Assembly: GCA_964457085.1 (NCBI GenBank)
Contig: CAYWDM010000003.1
Location: 186 to 64,185, forward strand
Reading direction: 5' to 3'
DNA: 64,000 bases
From: an uncultured Pseudomonadales bacterium
GTDB taxonomy: Bacteria > Patescibacteriota > Microgenomatia > UBA1400 > PJMF01
Shown here in pieces: positions 10,757 through 18,654 of the stretch. Made by a program: the position numbers and the translations under genes. The notes beneath the pieces are model-generated. The model ran no database searches. It was not told the origin of the DNA and saw only the letters and a list, made by a program, of their open reading frames with translations. The stretch's first letter is position 1, and each line of letters opens with the position of its first letter.

Positions 10757-10831
10757 ATTTGAGAAGTATCTCAAGAATAGCGAGGTTCGGTAACTAATGG
10801 CAGTAAGTGAGTTCGTGCTAGAATCAAACCC

Positions 10832-12142
10832 ATGCTCTCATATCACGTTCACAAACTCGCTTCTGGATTAACAGTTTTGGCATTACCAATGCCGGCTGTT
10901 GAATCTCTAACTGTATTAGCTTTGGCCAATACTGGCTCACGCTATGAGTCTGAGAGTAGGTTTGGGGTGGCACATTTTTTTGAACACATGGTGTTCAAGG
11001 GCACTCGTAACTACGCAGACGCACAAGTGTTAGCGAGTGTGGTTGACGGAGTAGGGGCTGACTTTAATGCCTTTACCAGCAAGGAATATACCGGCTATTA
11101 CGTCAAAGCCTCTGCCAAACATTTCGAGCTGGCGTTAGATGTGGTTTCAGACATGTTGCTGGCTCCAAAATTGAATCAAGTTGATATTGATCGAGAAAAA
11201 GGGGTGATCATTGAAGAACTCAATATGTATGTGGATTCGCCACAGCGGCATATTGAAAATTTGTTTGATCAATTGGTGTTTAAGGGATCAGGTTTAGGTC
11301 ATGACATCATTGGTACCAAAGAGACGATTTCCAACCTACAGAGAGCTGACTTCGAGGCATTTTTAAGTGAATGGTATGGTTTGGGGAATTTGGTTTTGGT
11401 GGTAGCTGGTGACGACAGGGTGGTTGGTGGAGAGCACTTTTTAGATCAAGTATCAACTGCATTTGGCAAACAAATTGAGTTTAATCGACAGTCACAAGTT
11501 ACGGTGATGGACAAACTAGGTCCTAATCCACTGTCATCACAGCTGCAGCACCTTGAATTTCGTGAAACTCAGCAGGCTCATTTCGTATTGGGTTGGCCAG
11601 GATTAAAGAGAAATAGTGATCAGCGGTATGCTCAGTCACTGCTTTCAGTGATGCTGGGTGGCAACATGAGCTCGAGATTATTCAGTGAGGTGAGAGAGAA
11701 GCGTGGCCTTTGTTACTATGTACACAGTGCCATAGACCAATTTCATGACACGGGCATGTTTGGTGGGGCAGCGGGAGTCGATCCAGCCAGACTCGAGGAG
11801 GCAATTAAAGTTACTATCGGTGAGTTTGAGCAGGTAGCAAATGGCAAAAAGCCGTTTTCAGACGTTGAATTGAACAGAGCCAAAGAGTACATGAATGGAA
11901 AAATGGTGTTGGGGCTCGAAGATAGTGAGTCAGTGGCACAGTATTTTGGCATGAAGCAGCTATTACTGGGCAAAATCGAGACTCCAGAGGAGGTTCTGGA
12001 ACACATTCAGACGGTGACTTTGGACGAAATTCATCAGTTAGCGAAGCAATTAATCGTGCCAAATGAACTGCGATTTGCGTTAATTGGACCATTCAAAGAG
12101 CCGGAAGTGATTTCAAAATGGGTACAAGAGGCACATCAGTAA
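10832..12142 (+). CDS. M16 family (pitrilysin-like) zinc peptidase
   Basis: Inverted zinc motif HFFEH, NAFTSKEYT, SSRLFSEVREKRGLCY. Confidence 0.93.
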   Translation: MLSYHVHKLASGLTVLALPMPAVESLTVLALANTGSRYESESRFGVAHFFEHMVFKGTRNYADAQVLASVVDGVGADFNAFTSKEYTGYYVKASAKHFELALDVVSDMLLAPKLNQVDIDREKGVIIEELNMYVDSPQRHIENLFDQLVFKGSGLGHDIIGTKETISNLQRADFEAFLSEWYGLGNLVLVVAGDDRVVGGEHFLDQVSTAFGKQIEFNRQSQVTVMDKLGPNPLSSQLQHLEFRETQQAHFVLGWPGLKRNSDQRYAQSLLSVMLGGNMSSRLFSEVREKRGLCYYVHSAIDQFHDTGMFGGAAGVDPARLEEAIKVTIGEFEQVANGKKPFSDVELNRAKEYMNGKMVLGLEDSESVAQYFGMKQLLLGKIETPEEVLEHIQTVTLDEIHQLAKQLIVPNELRFALIGPFKEPEVISKWVQEAHQ

Positions 12143-12287
12143 TTAATAATAAAGTATATTAAAAGATATTAAGATATAATTTGATATAGAAAACAAGAAA
12201 AACCAGACTAAAATAGAGGTAATAAGTTTGATAATTTGAGAAATTAAAGTAATCATTAAGTATCAAAATAGTAAAAAAGGAGACAAC

Positions 12288-12755
12288 ATGCAAGCAAGAA
12301 CTGCAGTGCTGGTAAAACCAGATGGATTACAACGAGGCTTGATCGGTGAGATCATCAGTCGCTTTGAACGTAAAGGCTTGAAGCTGGTGGGTTTGAAGAT
12401 GGTGCAAATGACCGACAAAATGCTGAGTGATTGGTATGTTGAGCACAAAGACAGAAGTTTCTTTGGCGACCTCAAATCATTCATGGGTTCGATGCCAATT
12501 GTGGCCATGGCTTGGGAGGGTGTTGATGCAGTGCCAGTGGTTCGCAAGTTGGTAGGCACCACATTAGGTCGTGAGGCTGAGGCTGGTTCAATTCGAGGTG
12601 ATTATGGTATGAGTCAACAAATGAATCTAATTCATGCATCTTCAAGTAATGATGATGCAGCTCGTGAAATTGATATCGTTTTTACCAAAAAAGAACTCTT
12701 TTCATATCATGGGACTTTAGAGTGTGTGATCTATGCAGATCAGGAGCGCAAATAG
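12288..12755 (+). CDS. ndk: Nucleoside-diphosphate kinase
   Basis: VKPDGLQRGLIGEII, GSIRGD, NLIHAS; SD AGGAG. Confidence 0.97.
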   Translation: MQARTAVLVKPDGLQRGLIGEIISRFERKGLKLVGLKMVQMTDKMLSDWYVEHKDRSFFGDLKSFMGSMPIVAMAWEGVDAVPVVRKLVGTTLGREAEAGSIRGDYGMSQQMNLIHASSSNDDAAREIDIVFTKKELFSYHGTLECVIYADQERK

Positions 12756-12787
12756 TTGCTGATTGTTACTAGATAATTTTGAAACGA

Positions 12788-12822
12788 AAAACCCCGCCTT
12801 GAGAAATCGAGAGCGGGGTTTT
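12788..12822. terminator. Bidirectional intrinsic terminator after ndk
   Basis: AAAACCCCGC...GCGGGGTTTT between convergent genes. Confidence 0.8.
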
Positions 12823-12833
12823 AAATGTATTTT

Positions 12834-13139
12834 TTACCCAAGGACGTTGCCAGCTGCTTTCAGAATACCTACATTGCTTGGTGTAACAAATTTAATCTGG
12901 TCAGCAGTATATTCTCGAGTATATCCAACTCCACCAGGCCAAGTTAACACATTTGCACCTGGATCGGTATCATGCGAACCTGCTTGGGGAAATTCAGCGA
13001 TAATTATACCTTTATCAACTGAAACAACTCTAAAAATTTCCCATATAGTTTTGCCAGATTCACCAACCCAATGGCCACAGTCACCTGGTTGCCAATCATG
13101 GGCTTCTTCTTCTTTCCTGTTCACTTTTTCTTCTACCAT
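12834..13139 (-). CDS. Hypothetical protein downstream of the tRNA-Arg duplication
   Basis: ORF with AAAGGG SD-like site before ATG 13139; no recognised motif. Confidence 0.55.
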   Translation of the reverse strand: MVEEKVNRKEEEAHDWQPGDCGHWVGESGKTIWEIFRVVSVDKGIIIAEFPQAGSHDTDPGANVLTWPGGVGYTREYTADQIKFVTPSNVGILKAAGNVLG

Positions 13140-13190
13140 AAACCCTTTCTTGTTATTTTGATTAGTATACATCAAGATAATATTGAAATG

Positions 13191-13369
13191 ATGTGCTCCC
13201 ACCGGGAAGCTCCCTTTCAGGGATTAGCCACGGGCTTCGTAGGTTGTGTATCAGTGAAATACCCGCCTCCCTTGGCGGCAGGACCAAATGTCCATTTCCT
13301 ACGATGAGGTCAAATCATTAAAAACATCTTTAGGAAAAGATATTTTTAATAATGTGCTCCCACCGGGAA
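13191..13369 (-). mobile_element. Micro-insert at tRNA-Arg 3' end bracketed by 18-bp direct repeat
   Basis: ATGTGCTCCCACCGGGAA at 13191-13208 and 13352-13369; 143-bp non-coding interior. Confidence 0.75.
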
Positions 13370-13426
13370 TCGGACCTGGATTTAAGGTTTAGGAAACCTC
13401 CGTTCTATCCGTTGAACTATGGGAGC
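13355..13426 (-). tRNA. tRNA-Arg(CCT)
   Basis: GCTCCCA/TGGGAGC acceptor; anticodon arm GAGGT-TTCCTAA-ACCTT; atypical T-loop TCCGATT. Confidence 0.9.
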
Positions 13427-13615
13427 ATGCGGATATCTGGATTATAGCGATTTTTTTTGAAAAAGGGGTAAAGTTGGGATGTGGCAGAAAGCTGGTCTTA
13501 GACTGCTGAAATTGTAGACAACATTAACGTTAAAATATTCAATTGGATTGAACTTGACTTGATCTAATAATTCAAATTCTTAACAATCTATTGTATTGGA
13601 GCAACAGCTTTGAGA

Positions 13616-14047
13616 TCAGGATTCCTCTGATCGTCTAACGAGTTCATCCATCAATGCATGCTCATTGTAGGATGCCCCTTTTTCCTCAATTTTTCCAAAA
13701 TATTTATATCCTGGAGTGGCTATCGTTGGGCGTCGTGAATAATCATGCGGGTAACTTCTCCAAGTATTTTCGTCAACCTCTTGACTTAGGCGAAAATGAC
13801 CATGGTAACTATTGCTGGAGCTTGTGAATTGTTTAATTAATTGTAGTAGTCCAACCCAATCCTGTGAGGCACCAAGTTGACTAAGTTGTTGTTTTATTCT
13901 GTCGTCAAAAACGGCTATGGGTTCTTTAGAGTTTAATTCGGTTGTGATGCCCATTGGTTGCAGGATATACTGCAACCTGTTCCAGATATATTCTGTTTTA
14001 AGAGTCTTTGCCCATTCTTTCATTTCCGCTTCATTTTGTTCAGACAT
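13616..14047 (-). CDS. Hypothetical protein
   Basis: 143-aa ATG ORF between tRNA-Pro inserts and tRNA-Arg; no recognised motif. Confidence 0.6.
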   Translation of the reverse strand: MSEQNEAEMKEWAKTLKTEYIWNRLQYILQPMGITTELNSKEPIAVFDDRIKQQLSQLGASQDWVGLLQLIKQFTSSSNSYHGHFRLSQEVDENTWRSYPHDYSRRPTIATPGYKYFGKIEEKGASYNEHALMDELVRRSEES

Positions 14048-14117
14048 ATACGAATTGATGCTTTTGTTGAGGCAATTCTTGCACGATCCGAGTGTTTCGT
14101 TTAGGTGTGTGGGAAAT

Positions 14118-14371
14118 CTAGGAGTATTTGTTGAGTGAGTTTTACTTACTTAGCGGGCACGGGCGTCCGCAACTTGAATATATTTATAAAAGCACCTGCG
14201 GCACTTTTCTAAATATATGTCGGAGATGGCGGACTTACCTATTCATGCTCATGATTTTGACAAGCTGAATGATTTCGCTTGATTGGGCACAAGTCGTCCT
14301 TTTCTCATCACGTAGCTTCTAAAAAACCACTTTGTGATTTTTTAGAAGCTATATGTCGGAGATGGCGGACT
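14118..14371 (-). mobile_element. Tandem micro-inserts at tRNA-Pro 3' end (22-bp direct repeat plus a second motif copy)
   Basis: TATATGTCGGAGATGGCGGACT at 14214-14235 and 14350-14371; each copy is followed on the - strand by a hairpin and a GTGCCC motif. Confidence 0.78.
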
Positions 14372-14429
14372 CGAACCGCCGACCTTACGATCCCGAACCG
14401 TACGCTCTAGCCATCTGAGCTAATCTCCG
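14356..14429 (-). tRNA. tRNA-Pro(CGG)
   Basis: CGGAGAT/ATCTCCG acceptor; TACGG-TTCGGGA-TCGTA anticodon arm; GGTTCGAGTCC. Confidence 0.96.
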
Positions 14430-14487
14430 TTTATTTTTAGGGTACCGTGCTGCCAATTTGAACTGTGGACTTGGCAAGATAGCTCAA

Positions 14488-15852
14488 TTATTTTAACTCA
14501 ATTGTGTATAAATTGAGTGGAGAATCTGGACTGAATGCGGTGGTGATTACCAACCGACTGCCATCAGGCCATGGGTAGACAAAATTATTGGCGAATGGTC
14601 CAGAGTAAATAGTGGTGACGTTGGTGCCATCGTACGTCATGACCTGGATCTTATTGTCTCTGATGAAAAGCACATGCTTGGAGTCAGGGAACCACTGCAT
14701 TGTGTTGACATACATCGAACTGTGATATGAGTTGAAGTTGAGTGCAGTTTGAGCCGAAATAGTGGCTTGTAGAGCCTGGAATGCACTAGGACTGGACTCT
14801 AGCGTCATAGCTTGATTGGAGCTGAGGTCAGTAGCTAGAAGTTTTTTGAACACACCGTCGCTTGTGGTGTTTTCAGCGGCAACTTCAAAATTTTTATCTT
14901 CTTCACGGTCATACACATATATCTTCCCCGGGATGATTTGACGAGTTTCTGATTGAGTATTGCTGGCAGGAAGGGTTGGAGCTATGCCTTTGGGAATAGT
15001 TACTGATTGGGTGGCGGTATAAATGAGGCGTTTTTTGTCTGGTGAAAAATAAACATTTTTTGCAGATTGTGTAGCAACGGCAATTATTTCAGCTGGAAAC
15101 TTGTCCATAAACTGTCTCTCCCGTAGATACATTTCATGTTCCCACTCGGAAAGAATGGTTTTTTTCTTCCATCCAATATCTGGAGTGCGGTCAAGTTCAA
15201 TTTTTTTATCAATGCCAATCAACACATCACCTACAGCTGACATGATCAGTAACTCAGTGCTATCTGGTGACCAAGCTATATTGGCAGTGGCTAAATCATA
15301 TCGAGTGCTGTTGTCAGTGATTTGGCGAGGTCCTTTTTGCATACCAATTAAGTTGCTGATGTTGTTGAAATCAAGTATGTATAGTCCGGTTTTTAGTTGG
15401 CCAGAAGCGGTTGCAACGTAATACACGAGTTTTTGTCCATCTGGTGATGGTAAAACAGAGGAAACTCCAGTAAATGACAGTGGGGTGAGTGTGGGTGCTG
15501 AAGGAAAAAGTTGTGCGTTAGTTTGGGTGACTAGTTGCTCTTCAATGGAAAGGTTTTTTTCCCAAGAAGAATAGCCATCTTTGGAAATCTTGACGTGATA
15601 TTGCTTTGGTTCGAGATAGATAGTGCCATCAGTGGCAGTGACTAATTTGCCGTCAATATAGACTTCAGCACCAGTCGGAAATGAGTTGGCATTGAGCAGC
15701 CCCGTTCGTGGTGTAAAGCCACGGTCGGTATAGCGGAAGTTACCTTGTGCATACTGAATCGCCAAAAAAGTGCCGGCAATAATTATCAGTGCTGAAAATA
15801 CTGTATAGAGTAGTCGGGTATTAATGTGGGCCCATTTTTGTTGCTTCATCAT
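14488..15852 (-). CDS. PEGA domain protein with C-terminal beta-propeller-like repeats
   Basis: N-terminal TM; NSFPTGAEVYIDG..YHVKISKDGYSSW (PEGA); SPDG/WSPD/WFPD repeats. Confidence 0.85.
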   Translation of the reverse strand: MMKQQKWAHINTRLLYTVFSALIIIAGTFLAIQYAQGNFRYTDRGFTPRTGLLNANSFPTGAEVYIDGKLVTATDGTIYLEPKQYHVKISKDGYSSWEKNLSIEEQLVTQTNAQLFPSAPTLTPLSFTGVSSVLPSPDGQKLVYYVATASGQLKTGLYILDFNNISNLIGMQKGPRQITDNSTRYDLATANIAWSPDSTELLIMSAVGDVLIGIDKKIELDRTPDIGWKKKTILSEWEHEMYLRERQFMDKFPAEIIAVATQSAKNVYFSPDKKRLIYTATQSVTIPKGIAPTLPASNTQSETRQIIPGKIYVYDREEDKNFEVAAENTTSDGVFKKLLATDLSSNQAMTLESSPSAFQALQATISAQTALNFNSYHSSMYVNTMQWFPDSKHVLFIRDNKIQVMTYDGTNVTTIYSGPFANNFVYPWPDGSRLVITTAFSPDSPLNLYTIELK

Positions 15853-15874
15853 TTCAGTGTATTATAGCAACACC

Positions 15875-16897
15875 ATGCCTAGAACATTATTACAAATTGT
15901 GCCCAAACTGGGTGTTGATATGGGTCGAGCGACCACCAGGTTTTGGCTGGAGGGTAGAGGAGTGGTTTTGGAAGAGGCAAGCTGCATCGCAATCGATGAC
16001 ACAACAGGAAAACTGATTGCAGTTGGTAATCAAGCCGCTCAGTTGCATCAGCGACTAGGTGAAGGGGTGCGAGTCGAGTGGTTGATCCAAGATGGCTTAA
16101 TTACAGATAGTGAACTAGTTATAAAGTTTTTGCATGCATTGTTGGGTAGGGTTTTGCCATATCGACTCATTGGTCCGATTGTATTGCTCAGCTTGCCCAG
16201 CGGTACCGCAGTAGCCATGGAGTCTGCATTGGTAAAAATCTGGCATAGTTTGGGAGCTCTTGAAGTATCTGTAATCGCTCAACCACTAGCTGCGGCTATT
16301 GGTTCTGGCGTACCTATTGCGGAGGCAAGCGGGGCGTTAATTGCGGTGTTAGGTGCTGGTGTTTTGGAAGCAGCTGGAGTGGCACTGGGAAGTCAAATCG
16401 TGGCTCGAAAGTCGCTCCAAGGTGGAGAATATATTGATGATTTAATCATGGCAGAGTTACGACAAAATCAACACTTTCTAGTGAGTAAAGAAGTTGCTCA
16501 ATTATTAAAAGAAAAACTGCTGAGTGTCAAAAAATCAATGCAACCACAAACAGTGATAGGCAAAAGTACGCTGTCAGGTGCTCCACAAGAATTAACCATC
16601 AAAACTGCACTACTTCATGAACCAGCAGTATTTCTCGCACAAGAAGTTTCTGGTTTAGTTAAAGAAGTATTGCGAGTACTCAGTCCAGCTGTAACCACAG
16701 ATGTAGTGACCAAGGGGTTGTTGCTGGCTGGTGGTTTGTCTCAAGTTGCTGGATTAGATGATTACTTGGTGCAGCGTTTGGGAATACCAGTGTCTGTGGT
16801 TGAAGATCCAAAGCATGTGGTAATCAACGGAATTGGTGAAGTGCTGACGAATTACCTCGAGTTTAAGGGGAGTTTGGGGTATCGGCAAATAAAGTAA
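15875..16897 (+). CDS. Divergent MreB/Mbl-like actin-fold protein
   Basis: GVDMG, PLAAAIGSG, GGEYIDD, GLLLAGG, VEDPKHVVING resemble MreB, but the catalytic motifs are degenerate. Confidence 0.8.
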   Translation: MPRTLLQIVPKLGVDMGRATTRFWLEGRGVVLEEASCIAIDDTTGKLIAVGNQAAQLHQRLGEGVRVEWLIQDGLITDSELVIKFLHALLGRVLPYRLIGPIVLLSLPSGTAVAMESALVKIWHSLGALEVSVIAQPLAAAIGSGVPIAEASGALIAVLGAGVLEAAGVALGSQIVARKSLQGGEYIDDLIMAELRQNQHFLVSKEVAQLLKEKLLSVKKSMQPQTVIGKSTLSGAPQELTIKTALLHEPAVFLAQEVSGLVKEVLRVLSPAVTTDVVTKGLLLAGGLSQVAGLDDYLVQRLGIPVSVVEDPKHVVINGIGEVLTNYLEFKGSLGYRQIK

Positions 16898-16935
16898 AGA
16901 TGATATAGTTATTTTCAATTAAATGAAAGGAAGAT

Positions 16936-17232
16936 ATGGTAGATACAAAAGTTCCTGGACCAGCTGATGCTGAAACTTGGGTTAGAAACGTAATGGAAAT
17001 AAATGCAGATGCTAAAGATGGAGCTGGCAGTGCAAAAGAAGGTGAAGTTGAAATGTTGGTAGAAACTCAAGTAGATGCTGCACTTAACGTATTAGGCTTT
17101 GATCCAACTGTAATTGAGGAACTAAGACCAGAGTTAATCAAAGTTGCATTGGAAGCAGTGAATTCTGGCAAGATCAAAGCTGACCAGGTTGCCGCTTTTA
17201 TTACTGAAGACCTTTCGCAACCTAATGATTAG
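16936..17232 (+). CDS. Small acidic hypothetical protein
   Basis: 98-aa ORF with AAGGA SD. Confidence 0.6.
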   Translation: MVDTKVPGPADAETWVRNVMEINADAKDGAGSAKEGEVEMLVETQVDAALNVLGFDPTVIEELRPELIKVALEAVNSGKIKADQVAAFITEDLSQPND

Positions 17233-18650
17233 GGTATTTCTAACAGTTTCTTAAACTGTTCCCCTCGATCTCGATAATCTTTGAATGTATTAAAACTGGC
17301 TGCAGCTGGACTCAGTAAAACGACGTCTCCAGCTAAGGCCAGTTTTTTAGTAGCAGTTATTGCTTCCTGCATGGTGGTGATGAAGAAATATTCAGGAATG
17401 TGTGTTGCACCAGCTGATTGTGCAGCTGCTTGTGCAGCTGCTTGAACATCGTTCAGTAATCTCTCCCCAGTGGTTGGAAAAAGAATCAAAGCTTTGATAT
17501 TTGCACTCACGATTTTTTGAGCGAGCTCAGTGTAATCTTGATGCCGTTCATATCCACCAGCCAGTAAAACAATGGGGTTTCCAGCGAAAGCTTCGATAGC
17601 ACTGATGGTTGCATTTGGCTCAGTGGCGAGTGAGTCATTGAAGTAACGTACCCCATCGACCTCGCCGACAAATTCCAGGCGGTGAGGAAGCGAACGGAAA
17701 CTGAGAATGCCGTCAGCTATCTGTTGGTTGCTCAGTCCATAGTGTTTGCCAATGATGATACTCGGAATGATATTAAGTAGGTTGTGCTTACCAGGTAACG
17801 GTATTTGGTTGGCAGACATCAGAGCTTCACCATGGTAGCAAATAGTTCCGCCGTCTAGCCAAACGATCTCTGATGATGCATGTGTGGTTAGGCTAAAAGT
17901 AAGTTGTTTTGCTGAGCCAAGCTTAGCAATTTTAGTTGGGTTAGTAAAATCTCGATTAAAAATTACTAAGTCGTCACTAGTTTGGTGTGAAGCTATCGCA
18001 GATTTGGCTGCAACATATGCCTCGGTAGTGGGGTAGTAGTCAAGATGTTCAGTGGTAATATCTTGAATAACGCTAATGTGTGGGCTGTAGGGCAAGTGTT
18101 GTAATTGATGGCAAGAAAGTTCTACGACTGCGAGACTTTTTTCTGTTAAATTATCGAGGCCAGAAAGTGGGGGAGTCCCAATGTTTCCGAGTAATACTGC
18201 GTCAAGACCACCAGCAACTAGTACGTGATGAATTACACTTGAGGTAGTGCTTTTGCCTTTGGTTCCAGTGATGCCAATGATTGGACAAGGGCAAAGTTCA
18301 AAAAAAAGTTGCGTGTTTGAGTGCAGCTGGCAGCCATGACTAAGTGCCTGTTGGATTGGTGGTTGGTCGGTGCGAATTCCTGGTGTGATGAATAGCACCT
18401 CAGATTTTTCAAGCTCAGATAAATATGAGTCTCCCAATTTCCACTCAAGCAATTGGTCAGTTTTTTTAATCTCAAACCACTCTGGCGATAGCTGTTCAAG
18501 ACTTTGACGATCAGCCAAGCTAAAAATTTGGTTGGGTAGGGCAGCACGCAAAAAGTGATATGTAGCCAGTCCCTCTCGAGCCAAACCAATAATGCAAATC
18601 GATTTGTTTTGCAGTTTAGTGATGGCTGGATGTGTTGACCAATTTGTCAT
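17229..18650 (-). CDS. murD: UDP-MurNAc-L-Ala--glutamate ligase (probably MurD2 type)
   Basis: GITGTKGKSTT, ELSCHQL, EHLDYY, PHRLE, NDSLAT, LLSPAAASF. Confidence 0.93.
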   Translation of the reverse strand: MTNWSTHPAITKLQNKSICIIGLAREGLATYHFLRAALPNQIFSLADRQSLEQLSPEWFEIKKTDQLLEWKLGDSYLSELEKSEVLFITPGIRTDQPPIQQALSHGCQLHSNTQLFFELCPCPIIGITGTKGKSTTSSVIHHVLVAGGLDAVLLGNIGTPPLSGLDNLTEKSLAVVELSCHQLQHLPYSPHISVIQDITTEHLDYYPTTEAYVAAKSAIASHQTSDDLVIFNRDFTNPTKIAKLGSAKQLTFSLTTHASSEIVWLDGGTICYHGEALMSANQIPLPGKHNLLNIIPSIIIGKHYGLSNQQIADGILSFRSLPHRLEFVGEVDGVRYFNDSLATEPNATISAIEAFAGNPIVLLAGGYERHQDYTELAQKIVSANIKALILFPTTGERLLNDVQAAAQAAAQSAGATHIPEYFFITTMQEAITATKKLALAGDVVLLSPAAASFNTFKDYRDRGEQFKKLLEIP

Positions 18651-18654
18651 AATT

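Noticed and set aside
13209-13351. Known riboswitch or ribozyme (c-di-AMP, hammerhead, HDV/theta) in the tRNA-Arg insert
   Set aside because: Only superficial resemblance; required core motifs not found by eye
13191-14371. tRNA-end repeats read as a CRISPR array
   Set aside because: Only two copies per repeat, tRNA-derived, interiors over 110 bp, no cas genes
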